Positions 37,236 to 47,052 of a stretch of DNA of 64,000 nt are shown here, in pieces; the stretch's first letter is position 1; the number at the start of each line of letters is the position of its first letter. The DNA is from Patescibacteria group bacterium. Lineage in GTDB: Bacteria; Patescibacteriota; Patescibacteriia; UBA2591; UBA6264. The notes beneath the pieces are model-generated. The model saw only the letters and a list, made by a program, of their open reading frames with translations. It did no database searches and was not told the DNA's origin. The DNA lies in the NCBI GenBank assembly GCA_028713575.1, contig JAQTOB010000004.1, forward strand, positions 5,250 through 69,249. Reading direction: 5' to 3'. A program made the translations under genes and the position numbers.

Positions 37236-37930
37236 TTAGATAATTGGGGTCGGAGATAATTGGGGTCTGACCCCATGAGCATCCCTTCTGAGATAATTGG
37301 GGTCTGACCCCATGAGTATCCCTTCTAAAACATACATGATAATTGGGGTCTGATAATTGGGGTCTGACCCCATGAGCATCCCTTCTAAAACATACATCAA
37401 TAAAGGATTATAGAACGAAAATTTCAATTTGGCGCGATTTTGATTGATTTCCAATAATTTTTTATCAAAACAACGATTTTTGACACTAATTTTGGGGTCT
37501 ACACTAATTTTGGGGTCTGACCCCATGAGCATCCCCTCTAAAACATACATCAATAAAGGATTATAGAACGAAAATTTCAATTTGGTGTGATTTTGATTGA
37601 TTTCCAATCACTAATTTTGGGGTCTGACCCCATGAGCATCCCTTCTAAAACATACATCAATAAAGGATTATAGAACGAAAATTTCAATTTGGTGTGATTT
37701 TGATTGATTTCCAATAATTTTTTATTAAAACAACGATTTTAATTGAAAATTGATAATTATTTAATTTACATTTAATCACTAATTTTGGGGTCTGACCCCA
37801 TGAGTATCCCTTCTAAAACATACATCAATAAAGGATTATAGAACGAAAATTTCAATTTGGTGCGATTTTGATTGATTTCCAATAATTTTTTAACAAAACA
37901 ACGATTTTAATTGAAAATTGATAATTATTT
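37236..37930. repeat. Array of at least 4 full plus partial copies of the roughly 100-115-bp MITE-like element (ggggtctgaccccatgagcatcccttctaaaacatacatcaataaaggattatagaacgaaaatttcaatttggtgYgattttgattgatttcc) between pilT and pilC
   Basis: Direct reading. The copies are near-identical, contiguous or separated by short AT-rich linkers. Confidence 0.85.
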
Positions 37931-37981
37931 AATTTACATTTTGCATTTTGATTTTTCAGTTTTGAATTTAGCGAAGCGCTT

Positions 37982-39193
37982 ATGTTATTTGAATATCAAG
38001 CGAAAAATTTAAAAGGAGAAACCATCACCGGAACAATTGAATCCATTAATCAGAACGCCGCCCTTGAGATGTTGGCGCGCCGGCAAATGATTATTATCTC
38101 CCTGAAAGAAACAAGCGCTTTGCCCATTTGGCGCCGGCCGATTAATCTGTCTTTTTTAGAAAGAGTAACCGGCAAAGATATGGTTTTTCTTTCCCGCCAA
38201 TTATCCGTAATGGTTATGGCGGGCTTGCCTTTGGTTGAATCTTTGGAAATTTTGGCGCGCCAAACAAGCAAACCGGCCTTAAAAAAGATTGTGGAAAGCG
38301 TTGCGGAAAATGTTCGTGGCGGTTCAAGATTTTCCAGCGCTTTAGCAAAGTATCCCAAAGTCTTCAACAATTTTTATATTAATATGGTGCGCGCCGGAGA
38401 AACCGCGGGCAAACTTGACGAAGTCTTAGATTATTTGGCCAATGAACAGGAAAAAAATTATGATTTAATGAGTAAAATTAGGGGGGCTATGATTTATCCG
38501 ATTTTTGTTATTTCTGCGGTTATTGGCGTGATGATTTTGATGATGGTTTTTGTTGTCCCTCAATTAACTGACATTTTAAAGGAATCGGGCGTATCATTGC
38601 CCTTGCCAACCAAAATTCTTATTGCCACTAGCGATTTTTTAGAAAATTATACTTTATTAATCGTTTTGTTCCTTGTGGTTTTTGTTGTCGCTTTCAGGTT
38701 TTTTTTAAAAAGTAAAGCGGGTCAGATGATTTGGGACAAAACGCTTTTAAAAATGCCGATTTTTGGTGTTCTTTTTAAACAAGTTTATTTAGTTCGTTTT
38801 ACTCGCAGTCTTTCTACTTTGATTATTGGCGGTATTCCTTTAACCGCGGGATTAAAAATTGTTTCCGAAGTGGTAAGTAATTATGTTTTTAAAGAAATAA
38901 TCCTTGACGCGATTATTGACGTGGAAGAGGGACGTTCGGTCAGCAATGCTTTTCTTAATTCTTCAGCCGTGCCTAAAATGCTTCCCCATTTAATGGCGAT
39001 TGGAGAAGAAACCGGCAAGCTTGACGAAGTTTTGGGGAAAATTGCTGATTTTTATTCTCGGGAAGTGGAAAACATTTTAAGCAAATTAGTCACTTTGCTT
39101 GAACCGATTATTCTTATTTTTTTAGGAGTAGTTGTTGGCGGCATGGTTGCTTCTATTATTTTGCCAATGTATAAACTTGCCACCGCCTTTTAA
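37982..39193 (+). CDS. pilC: Type IV pilus inner-membrane platform protein PilC (GspF family)
   Basis: Two GspF repeats (MVRAGETAGKLDEVL and MAIGEETGKLDEVL), each with TM helices. Confidence 0.9.
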   Translation: MLFEYQAKNLKGETITGTIESINQNAALEMLARRQMIIISLKETSALPIWRRPINLSFLERVTGKDMVFLSRQLSVMVMAGLPLVESLEILARQTSKPALKKIVESVAENVRGGSRFSSALAKYPKVFNNFYINMVRAGETAGKLDEVLDYLANEQEKNYDLMSKIRGAMIYPIFVISAVIGVMILMMVFVVPQLTDILKESGVSLPLPTKILIATSDFLENYTLLIVLFLVVFVVAFRFFLKSKAGQMIWDKTLLKMPIFGVLFKQVYLVRFTRSLSTLIIGGIPLTAGLKIVSEVVSNYVFKEIILDAIIDVEEGRSVSNAFLNSSAVPKMLPHLMAIGEETGKLDEVLGKIADFYSREVENILSKLVTLLEPIILIFLGVVVGGMVASIILPMYKLATAF

Positions 39194-39272
39194 TGCATTT
39201 TCCCTTAATGAAGTTTTTTTTGATGAGTTTTGATGAGGTGCGTTCCCATCAAGGGCGGGGAAAGTAAAATTT

Positions 39273-39347
39273 GGGCGCTTGGCTCAGTGGTAGAGCGTTT
39301 GCTTCACATGCAAAAGGCCACAGGTTCAAATCCTGTAGCGCCCACCA
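39273..39347 (+). tRNA. tRNA-Val (anticodon CAC), CCA encoded
   Basis: Manual cloverleaf. The acceptor stem is GGGCGCT/AGCGCCC and the D stem is GCTC/GAGC. The anticodon stem is TTTGC/GCAAA with loop TTCACAT. The T stem is ACAGG/CCTGT with loop TTCAAAT, and the 3' ACCA is encoded. Confidence 0.85.
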
Positions 39348-39404
39348 GTATTAAAATATTTTAAAAATAGGTCGACACTTTAATAATTTTTTAACTTAAA
39401 CATT

Positions 39405-40127
39405 ATGAAAAACAAAATTTTAGTCGTCGGAGTTTTTGTCTTTATTTTTATTCTCGCCACCAATATGTATGCCATTGCTCAAAATGGCGATACCGGAATG
39501 GGTAATCAAATGCAACAGCGAATTCAGATTGACAATCAGAGCGAGAATGACCAAATCCAGACGCAAAACAGAGAACAAGTTCAATTAGAAATGAATGTTG
39601 AAATGGGCAATCAGGTGCAACAGCAAAATCAAGTGCAAAATCAAGGCGAAACAAGTCAACTTCAAAACAGCGAACAACAACAAACACAAACTCAAAAGAA
39701 TTTATCTTTAAACGAACAGAGAAGAAGTCAAGTTGCCAATGCTGTGCAGGAAATGTTGCAGGTAGCGGAAAAAGATAGTGAAATGGGTCAGCAAATAAGA
39801 ATAATTGCTCAAAATCAAAATCAAAATCAGGAAAAAATTGAAGACAGTTTGCAAAAAGTCCAAAGCCGAAGCGGCTTTGTTAAATTATTTATCGGACAAA
39901 ATTACGCAGAAATCAACAATATTAAAAAAATGTTGATGCAGAATAAAGAACAGATTGAACAGTTAAACCAGATTAAAAATCAACTTGTTAATCAAGATGA
40001 CCAGCAACAGTTAAATGAACAAGTTCAAGTTTTAGAGCAGACTAATTTGCAAGTTGGGAGTTCTTTGGAGGCGGCTCAAAAAGGATTCAGTTTATTCGGC
40101 TGGATGTTTAGAATGTTTGCCAAATAA
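39405..40127 (+). CDS. Secreted Gln/Asn-rich low-complexity protein
   Basis: Signal peptide MKNKILVVGVFVFIFILATNMYA, followed by a Q/N-rich coiled-coil-like sequence. Confidence 0.4.
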   Translation: MKNKILVVGVFVFIFILATNMYAIAQNGDTGMGNQMQQRIQIDNQSENDQIQTQNREQVQLEMNVEMGNQVQQQNQVQNQGETSQLQNSEQQQTQTQKNLSLNEQRRSQVANAVQEMLQVAEKDSEMGQQIRIIAQNQNQNQEKIEDSLQKVQSRSGFVKLFIGQNYAEINNIKKMLMQNKEQIEQLNQIKNQLVNQDDQQQLNEQVQVLEQTNLQVGSSLEAAQKGFSLFGWMFRMFAK

Positions 40128-40251
40128 TTTTTCGGCAGCGCATAACTCCGTATAAAAGTGGCTTAAATTTGGCTAAATAATCATATTAATTTTTAAAGAC
40201 TCGGTCTTCAAGGGGTCCTTTCGCTTGAATTGTAATTTTAATAAAATTTTT

Positions 40252-41085
40252 ATGCCTGAATTGCCCGAAGTGGAGACAATAAAAAGTCAGCTTAATCGTC
40301 GGCTTAAAGGGGGGAAAATAAAAAAAATAGAAATATTTTTGCCCAAAATTATCCGGTTGGAGGCAAAATTTTTTATTAACAAGACCGTGGGGGCGAAAAT
40401 AAAAAAAGTTTGGCGTCGGGCCAAGATGATTATTATTGACTTAGATAATGGTTATTCTTTGCTGATTCATTTAAAATTGACCGGACGGTTGATTTTATGT
40501 CACCGGCTTCGGGAAGATTACCAAAAGCATACGCATTTAGTTTTCCATTTTTTTGACAAAAGTGTCCTGATTTTTCAGGATATCCGGCAATTCGGATATT
40601 TTGACCTTTATCGTACTGAAAACCTGAAGGGATTTTTTCAGGAAAAGAAACTGGGGCCTGAGCCCTTGAAAAAAAGTTTTACTTTAAAAAAATTTACTGA
40701 GTTATTAAGCAAAAAACCGGATAAAAAAATTAAACCCTTGTTAATGGAACAAAATTTTATTGCCGGCATTGGCAATATCTATGCTCAGGAAATTTGTTGG
40801 TCGGCCAAAATTTCTCCTCTTCGTCTCGCCAAAACTTTGAATAAAAAAGAAATTCAAGAAATTTACCGCCACTTGCTCATGATTTTAAAAAAAGCCGTTA
40901 AACAGGGCGGAACCACAGCCGCGGATGAAGGGTATATTGATGCGCGAGGGAATAAAGGAAAATACGGCTCGCAACTAAAAGTTTATCAAAGAGAAGGGGA
41001 AAAATGTTTTCGTTGCAAAGGGATAATAGAAAGAATTGTTTTGACCGGCAGGGGAACCGCTTATTGTCCTCGTTGTCAAAAGTAA
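40252..41085 (+). CDS. mutM: Formamidopyrimidine-DNA glycosylase
   Basis: The N-terminal MPELPEVET has the catalytic Pro2. The C-terminal Zn finger is CFRCKG...CPRCQ. Start is set at the MPELPEV Met. Confidence 0.9.
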   Translation: MPELPEVETIKSQLNRRLKGGKIKKIEIFLPKIIRLEAKFFINKTVGAKIKKVWRRAKMIIIDLDNGYSLLIHLKLTGRLILCHRLREDYQKHTHLVFHFFDKSVLIFQDIRQFGYFDLYRTENLKGFFQEKKLGPEPLKKSFTLKKFTELLSKKPDKKIKPLLMEQNFIAGIGNIYAQEICWSAKISPLRLAKTLNKKEIQEIYRHLLMILKKAVKQGGTTAADEGYIDARGNKGKYGSQLKVYQREGEKCFRCKGIIERIVLTGRGTAYCPRCQK

Positions 41086-41278
41086 TCAAGAGTGATTGGT
41101 CGCGTTAAAAAACTCGCATGGAAATTTTTTAAAACAAATTTAATCACCCCGGAGGAAATATATGATTTTCTAACGAGGTTGACAGAATTCAAACTTTTGA
41201 TATTATAAATCAATAAAGGGGAGTTTTTCTCCTGTTTTTTAAATCTTTAAAATTAAATAAAAATAAAAGGAGGAAAAA

Positions 41279-41746
41279 TTGATTTGGTCAGAAATTATTG
41301 CCGGAATTTTACTTGTTGTCCGGTCAGAATTTGCTATTATGCAGTTTCACCATATTGGTTTAACAGCAATAATAGCTTTTCTGATTGTGACAATTTGGAC
41401 CAATTTTAAAGTGGTCTTGATTTTTACGTCCACCGGCCTGGTTGACTGGTTGGTGGCGAAATTTGGAAAAAGGCACCGCCATCTGGGAGAGATGGCAGTT
41501 AATTGGCCTTGGTTAAAAAAAATAAATCAAGGGGTCAGGAGTGGCCGAAAAAAATTACTGGCTTGGCTAATCACTCATAATAAGCTGGCAATTTTCCTAA
41601 TCTTGTTTGTTCCTTTTACGCCATTTATGGAAGATGTTGCCATTGTGGCGGCGCGTATCGCCAAGATTAAGGGAGCATTGCCGCTGTTGCTTATCGCTAA
41701 CACGGCGCGCATGGCCTTGATGACCTTTGTCGTGTATTTGTTTTGA
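41279..41746 (+). CDS. Small integral membrane protein, function unknown
   Basis: Four predicted TM helices and a TTG start in the ORF track. Confidence 0.3.
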   Translation: MIWSEIIAGILLVVRSEFAIMQFHHIGLTAIIAFLIVTIWTNFKVVLIFTSTGLVDWLVAKFGKRHRHLGEMAVNWPWLKKINQGVRSGRKKLLAWLITHNKLAIFLILFVPFTPFMEDVAIVAARIAKIKGALPLLLIANTARMALMTFVVYLF

Positions 41747-41829
41747 AAATTATATAAGAGGACGTTGAGAAACGTTCTCTTGTTCGTTTAAAAACAAAAA
41801 TCGGAATACCGAAATTTGAACTCGGGCTT

Positions 41830-41870
41830 CCGCCAAGGGCGGACCCGCCTTTGGCGGGAAATATTTTTTT
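41830..41870 (+). terminator. Intrinsic terminator (ccgccaagggcgg / ccgcctttggcgg stem followed by a T-run) after CDS 41279-41746
   Basis: Inverted repeat with one G-U position, with ttttttt at 41864-41870. Confidence 0.6.
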
Positions 41871-41899
41871 AGCGAGTCATAACGATATCAATTTTAAAA

Positions 41900-41973
41900 T
41901 CGGGATGGTGGGATTCGCACCCACGGTCTCCACGTCCCGAACGTGGCGCATTAGACTACTATGCTACACCCCG
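41900..41973 (-). tRNA. tRNA-Pro (anticodon CGG), CCA not encoded
   Basis: Manual cloverleaf on the minus strand. The acceptor stem is CGGGGTG/CATCCCG with one G-U pair and the D stem is GCAT/ATGC. The anticodon stem is CCACG/CGTGG with loop TTCGGGA. The T stem is GTGGG/CCCAC. Confidence 0.8.
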
Positions 41974-42093
41974 ATTGGTGTAAATAATATAGATTATTTA
42001 TGAAGATTTGACAAGGTCGCGCTTGAAATGTTTTCAAAATACTTTACTATAAATCAGGATGCGAGATGTTTAAATTAACCAAAAATCATATCC

Positions 42094-43251
42094 ATGAAAT
42101 TTTTTAACTTAACTCCCAAAATCAATCTTTCTAAAGATTTTAAAATGCTTTGCCTTTATCAAACCATTATTGCTTTGGCTGACGGTATGATCGGTTTATT
42201 TTTGCCGATTTTTTTATTTGAAAAATTAAATCAATCAATTTATCCGGTGATTATTTTTTACGCTACCGGTTATTTGCTTTACGGCCTTTTAGTGCCTTTG
42301 GGCGCCATTTTAATGAATAAAATCGGCTTGGAAAAATCAATTCTCTGGGGCCGTTTTTTTACCATTCCCTTTTATCTTTGTTTGTTTTTTTTGAAAAATA
42401 ATCCTTGGGTTTTTCTTGTTTTGGCCGGTTTGTTTTTGTTGTTTTTTCGCCTTCTTTACTGGGTGCCTTATCATGTTGATTTTGTTAGTTTTACCGAAGG
42501 CAGATATCGCGGTCGGCAAATGGCTTATTTGGCTATTTTGGGTTACCTTGTTGCCATTGGCGCGCCCTTGTTGTCTGGATTTTTGCTTAATAGCTTTAGT
42601 TTTGAATTTGTTTTTCTGTTAGTAATAATTATTTTAATAATTTCTTTGATTCCTTTAAAAAAATTAAATGACACTCAGGCCAATTTTCAATTTTCTTATT
42701 TGCAAACATTTAAGGAATTATTTAAAAAGCAAAATAGGTCAGCCTCTTTGGCTTATTTGGCTGACGGCGGACAAAATATGATTGGCGTTGTTATTTGGCC
42801 GCTTTTTATCTACCAAATTTTGGAAAAGCAATACTTGGCCTTGGGCGCGGTGGCCGCCTTAATTACAATTGGAACCGTCCTTTGCCGTTTGTTAATCGGC
42901 AGTTATACTGACAAGTATTCAAAAAAGAAACTTTTAAAAATCGGGTCCTTTTTTTACGCTTTAGGCTGGCTGGCAAAGTCATTGGTGGAAACCGCTTTTC
43001 AGATTTTTATTATCGGCACTTTTCACAGTTTTATGTCCATTATTATGCGTTCGCCCCTGGATGCTTTGACTTACGAAAGAATTTCCGTTCGCGATTCTTA
43101 TATTGACGAATATACGGTTTTGCGCGAGATAAGCGTTAGCTTGGGTTATTTTTTAATGGGAATGATTGTTTTGCTTTTAGTCGGATTGGTTGGCCTTAAA
43201 ATTACTTTTTTAGTCGCGGCTTTTTGTAGCTTATTTGTCAATAAATTATAA
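42094..43251 (+). CDS. Major facilitator superfamily transporter
   Basis: 385 aa with about 12 TM helices in a 6+6 arrangement and a basic central loop. Confidence 0.55.
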   Translation: MKFFNLTPKINLSKDFKMLCLYQTIIALADGMIGLFLPIFLFEKLNQSIYPVIIFYATGYLLYGLLVPLGAILMNKIGLEKSILWGRFFTIPFYLCLFFLKNNPWVFLVLAGLFLLFFRLLYWVPYHVDFVSFTEGRYRGRQMAYLAILGYLVAIGAPLLSGFLLNSFSFEFVFLLVIIILIISLIPLKKLNDTQANFQFSYLQTFKELFKKQNRSASLAYLADGGQNMIGVVIWPLFIYQILEKQYLALGAVAALITIGTVLCRLLIGSYTDKYSKKKLLKIGSFFYALGWLAKSLVETAFQIFIIGTFHSFMSIIMRSPLDALTYERISVRDSYIDEYTVLREISVSLGYFLMGMIVLLLVGLVGLKITFLVAAFCSLFVNKL

Positions 43252-43254
43252 TTT

Positions 43255-43800
43255 ATGCCGCCCAAATTATTGCTTCATGTTTGTTGCGCCAATTGCGGAA
43301 TAGTTCCCATTGAATTACTAAGAGACCGGTTTGACCTGACTTTATTTTGGTATAATCCGAATATTTATCCCCGAACAGAATATCAAAAACGCTTGGCAGA
43401 TGTTAAAAAATTAGTTAAAATATATAAAAAGGATTTGATTGTTGAAAACAATGATATTAAAAAGTGGTTTGAAATTACCAAAGAGCTGGAAAACGAGCCA
43501 GAAGGGGGTAAAAGGTGCGAAAAATGTTTTCAAATGCGATTAAGCCGAACCGCGCGGTTAGCCAAAGAAAAAAGTTTTGATTTTTTTGCCACTACTTTAA
43601 GTGTCGGACCGCAGAAAAGGGCGAAAATAATTAATAAATTGGGAGAAAAATTGGCGAAAGAATGCGATTTGAAATTTTACCCGGCGGATTTTAAAAAACA
43701 AGATGGATTTAAAAAAAGCGTTGAACTGAGCAAAAAATACGGGTTTTACCGCCAGCACTATTGCGGTTGCGTCTTTAGCATTAGAACGTCAAAACATTAA
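43255..43800 (+). CDS. queH: Epoxyqueuosine reductase QueH (DUF208)
   Basis: N-terminal LLLHVCCANCG matches the HxCCAPC-type motif. The C-terminal motif is HYCGCVFS. Confidence 0.7.
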   Translation: MPPKLLLHVCCANCGIVPIELLRDRFDLTLFWYNPNIYPRTEYQKRLADVKKLVKIYKKDLIVENNDIKKWFEITKELENEPEGGKRCEKCFQMRLSRTARLAKEKSFDFFATTLSVGPQKRAKIINKLGEKLAKECDLKFYPADFKKQDGFKKSVELSKKYGFYRQHYCGCVFSIRTSKH

Positions 43801-43803
43801 AAC

Positions 43804-44160
43804 ATGAAAACAAGTAGTTTTAAAGAAAATTTAAAAAAGAAAATGGATGAATATGTTCATTTTGTTTATAAAATTACTCTTAATTTTCCTAAAGCGGAAA
43901 TATATGGAACTGTTTCTCAATTAAGAAGGGCGTCTTTGTCGGTGGTTTTAAATTATATAGAAGGATTTGCCAGAAGAAAGAGACTTGTTCAATTGAATTT
44001 TTTAGAAATTTCTTACGGGTCGTTAAAAGAATCAAAATATCTTTTACATTTTGCTTTGATTGAAAATTATTTGGACACAAAAGACTATAAAATTGCTTTA
44101 AAAATGGCAGAAGAAATCGGAGCTATGCTTTGGACAGAAATATCTAATTTAGATAAATAA
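43804..44160 (+). CDS. Four-helix-bundle protein (TIGR02436-like; 23S rRNA intervening-sequence protein family)
   Basis: 118 aa. The sequence YKITLNFPKAEIYGTVSQLRRASLSVVLNYIEG...LKESKYLLHFA is typical of the family. Confidence 0.6.
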   Translation: MKTSSFKENLKKKMDEYVHFVYKITLNFPKAEIYGTVSQLRRASLSVVLNYIEGFARRKRLVQLNFLEISYGSLKESKYLLHFALIENYLDTKDYKIALKMAEEIGAMLWTEISNLDK

Positions 44161-44242
44161 TTAATTGTTTTTTAGCCAAAGGCTGATCCGTCTCCGACGG
44201 AAATGTTCTAATGTTCTAGTGTTTTAATGTTTTAATGTTTTT

Positions 44243-44611
44243 ATGTTTTTATGTTTTTATGTTTTTATGAATCCTAATAAATGGGAAAATTTAATATTTA
44301 TGGCTGAGGAAAAATTTGGTTTAGACAAGAAATACATGGAAGATTTTGAGGTTTCCGAACTTTCTACGGGCGAGAAAATTATGGGCCAAAAAGAAATTGT
44401 GGAATTTAAGAGTCCTTTGGGTCGGATAAAGTTAGAAAAAACTTCCCGGCCAAAAGTCATTGATAAAAAAGTTTTACACACCAAGAGAATTGGCGGCAGA
44501 ACCGCCATTGATTTCGTTTATTCGCCGGACGAAAGAGTTGAAGAGCTTAAAATTTATAAAGAAAATAAAGAAGGGGAATGGGAAGAGTTAACGGCATTGA
44601 AGGAATTTTAA
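44243..44611 (+). CDS. Hypothetical protein
   Basis: ORF only. The likely start is the later ATG at 44300 (MAEEKFGL). Confidence 0.3.
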   Translation: MFLCFYVFMNPNKWENLIFMAEEKFGLDKKYMEDFEVSELSTGEKIMGQKEIVEFKSPLGRIKLEKTSRPKVIDKKVLHTKRIGGRTAIDFVYSPDERVEELKIYKENKEGEWEELTALKEF

Positions 44612-44623
44612 TTTTTATTTTTT

Positions 44624-45301
44624 ATGAATAAGTCTTATTTTTATTTGCCGGCTATTTTTTGTTTAATTCTTTTTTTTATTTTTAAATTTCCTTCCGTTAA
44701 AGCAATAATTATTGGTTATGATTTGATTTTAGTTTTAACCATTTTTTTAGTTTTTTTCTTGATTAAAAAGAAGATAAAAACCCGCTGGATGTTTTTGGCT
44801 CAAAGCGCGGTTTTTGTTTTAAGCGGTCTGGGATTTTTCCTTTTTGTCGCCGATGTCTTTTGGCAATTTGTTTTCGGCCTGATTTTTATTCTCGGCTTGG
44901 GCTATTTTTTCTTTCATATTTTTAAATTATTTAATCAGCCCCGTATTTGCCAGCCGGATGCTTTGGAAAAAATGAGTTTTTGGCAAAATTTCATTATTAT
45001 TTATTGGACTTTAAGCGTGATTGGCGCCACTCTCGGAGTTAATCCTTTAAATTGGCGATTTTTTTCCGCTTTGCCTTTGGTTTTTCTTCTGTTTTATTGG
45101 TTGGGTTATTATTCTTTTTATCTTAAATCAGGAGAGCTCAAATTGATTAAAATTGATTTGTTAATCATTGGTTTGGTTTTGACGGAAATTCATTTAGCCA
45201 TAAATTTTTTGCCCTTAGGTTTTTATCTAAACGCTTTGATAATTTCTTCATTATATGGTATAATTATTAACATATGGCAAAAGATAAAGAGTTTTGTTTA
45301 A
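44624..45301 (+). CDS. Integral membrane protein, function unknown
   Basis: 225 aa with about 6 TM helices. Confidence 0.35.
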   Translation: MNKSYFYLPAIFCLILFFIFKFPSVKAIIIGYDLILVLTIFLVFFLIKKKIKTRWMFLAQSAVFVLSGLGFFLFVADVFWQFVFGLIFILGLGYFFFHIFKLFNQPRICQPDALEKMSFWQNFIIIYWTLSVIGATLGVNPLNWRFFSALPLVFLLFYWLGYYSFYLKSGELKLIKIDLLIIGLVLTEIHLAINFLPLGFYLNALIISSLYGIIINIWQKIKSFV

Positions 45302-45426
45302 AATTTGGAGCCGCCAGTTGGCGGGGAACAAATTTTAGAAACAAAACCTTTACCCCGCCCCCATTTTTTCTAAATTTTCTATAATATCCGACTATGTAGT
45401 ATTATGTATATGTTCTACAAGATAAA

Positions 45427-45630
45427 TTGACAAAAGAGATATACATTGGTTATAGCGAAAATTTAATTTCTAGAGCCAAAGACCACCAAAAGCAAAATAA
45501 AAATTGGGTACTTGTCTACTACGAAGCTTATCAATCAGAAAAAGCTGTTCAAGAAAGAGAAAAAAGATTGAAATATTATGGTACCTCGCTTTCTAATTTA
45601 AAACGTCGTATTAAAGATTGCTTTTTCTGA
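45427..45630 (+). CDS. GIY-YIG nuclease-superfamily small protein, N-terminally truncated
   Basis: KEIYIGYSENLISRAKDHQ...WVLVYYEAY matches the YIGxTxxLxxRLxxH / WxLVYxE core of UPF0213/GIY-YIG proteins. The first beta-strand is missing and there is no in-frame ATG. Confidence 0.4.
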   Translation: MTKEIYIGYSENLISRAKDHQKQNKNWVLVYYEAYQSEKAVQEREKRLKYYGTSLSNLKRRIKDCFF

Positions 45631-45768
45631 GAAAAAATGGGGGCTGGGTGCTCATAATTATAACGAAATTATTTCCCCAGCACATAATGGATTTTCTAAA
45701 AAAAGAATATCAATATTATTATGAAATTAAAATAAGATAATCAAAACTCAGCATAGCGCCATATATTT

Positions 45769-47052
45769 ATGTGCTGGGTCATAATTTTGATAATTATGGT
45801 AAAAAAAATTGATATCACCGATGATTTAGAAGAAAAAGAAGTGGAAATAAAAAAAAGCGAGAGGTTGAACGCTTTGGAAAACCGCCAAAACAAAGCAGAG
45901 AAAAAAATCTCGGAATTTTATCAGAACAAAGAGTTTTCTTTTGAAAAGCCCAAAGCTTCAACCAAGGGCCTTGTTTGGCTGATTATTATTTGGTCAATTG
46001 TTTTCGGTTTGGCTGGTGGCACTTTGGCCAGTTATTTTATGTTGACGCGCGAAAGCATTAACATTCCTTTTTTGAATAAAGAAATTAAATTAAATAAAAT
46101 TTTTTCTCCCAAGGAGGTTAATACGGTAACGGAAAAAAATGTTACGGTTCTGGCCGAAACCAGAATGGCGGAATTAGTTGATGATTTATTTGTTAAAACC
46201 GTTAGAATTTTTAAAACCAAAACTCAAGACCAAACAAGTTTTTTAGAGCAGATTTATGCTCCTTGGCAGGCCTTGGGAATCGGCGCTTTCGTCAGTCCTA
46301 ATGGTTGGCTAATTACTGCTTATAACTTTGAGCCGGAGACAGATTATGTGGTCGTTGATTATAAAAATAATATTTTAAGCATTGAAAAAATAATCAGTGA
46401 CCCAATCACTGATTTGAGTTTTTACAAAATCAATCAGGAAGAATCCCCCTTTTTTGAATTAGAAGAAAAAAAAGGAATAATCCCGGGTCAGCAAGCGATT
46501 ATTTCGGACAAATTGCAGAATGTTCATTTAACTGCCATCAGTCAACCTTTGACTAGAAACATTTTTAAAACCGAAGATTTGGTTTATTCCAGTGACAAAT
46601 TTTCCGAATTTATGCGCTTGGAGTTTTCTGAGGTCGCTTTTCCCCAAAGTTTAATTTTCGGCTTAAACGGTAAACTTTTGGGATTTATTTCGCAAAAAGC
46701 CGTTCCGGCGTGGCAAGTGAGAGCTTTAATTGACCAGGTAGTGGCCACGGGTGAGATTAAGCGGCCGTTTTTGGGCATTGATTATTTAAGAATAGACCAA
46801 GCTCCCGGCTTAACCAGTCCCCGTTTTAAAGATTTGAACCAAGGGCTGATTGTTTATGGCTCGCCTTTGGCAAATAGTCCGGCAGAAAAGGCCGGGATTA
46901 AAAACGCGGATGTGATTGTTAAAATAGACGGCCAAATTATTGACAAAAATATTGACTTGACTGAATTGGTTTTACAGAAGATACCTCAAGAAATGGAAAT
47001 AACGGTTTTAAGAGAAGGAGAGCAAATAATTTTAAAAGTTGTCTTAGAATAA
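45769..47052 (+). CDS. HtrA/DegP-like membrane-anchored protein with a C-terminal PDZ domain and a degenerate protease catalytic triad
   Basis: N-terminal TM helix. The trypsin-fold region has TAYNF where HtrA has TNNHV, and LIFGLNGKLLGFIS without a GNSGGP motif. The PDZ domain is clear (GIDYLRIDQAPGL...LANSPAEKAGIKNADVIVKIDGQII). Confidence 0.5.
   Translation: MCWVIILIIMVKKIDITDDLEEKEVEIKKSERLNALENRQNKAEKKISEFYQNKEFSFEKPKASTKGLVWLIIIWSIVFGLAGGTLASYFMLTRESINIPFLNKEIKLNKIFSPKEVNTVTEKNVTVLAETRMAELVDDLFVKTVRIFKTKTQDQTSFLEQIYAPWQALGIGAFVSPNGWLITAYNFEPETDYVVVDYKNNILSIEKIISDPITDLSFYKINQEESPFFELEEKKGIIPGQQAIISDKLQNVHLTAISQPLTRNIFKTEDLVYSSDKFSEFMRLEFSEVAFPQSLIFGLNGKLLGFISQKAVPAWQVRALIDQVVATGEIKRPFLGIDYLRIDQAPGLTSPRFKDLNQGLIVYGSPLANSPAEKAGIKNADVIVKIDGQIIDKNIDLTELVLQKIPQEMEITVLREGEQIILKVVLE

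Noticed and set aside
37236-37930. Possible CRISPR array (regularly spaced repeats containing the palindrome ggggtctgacccc)
   Set aside because: The repeat units are about 100 bp or more, near-identical along their whole length and largely contiguous. There are no unique spacer-sized intervals, and the same unit occurs singly at three other loci. No cas genes are nearby. It is a MITE-like repeat array.
39405-40127. Type IV pilin, given its position right after pilC in the pilus locus
   Set aside because: It lacks the class III prepilin signal (G/FTLIE following a short basic leader). It has a standard Sec-type signal peptide and a Q/N-rich low-complexity body.
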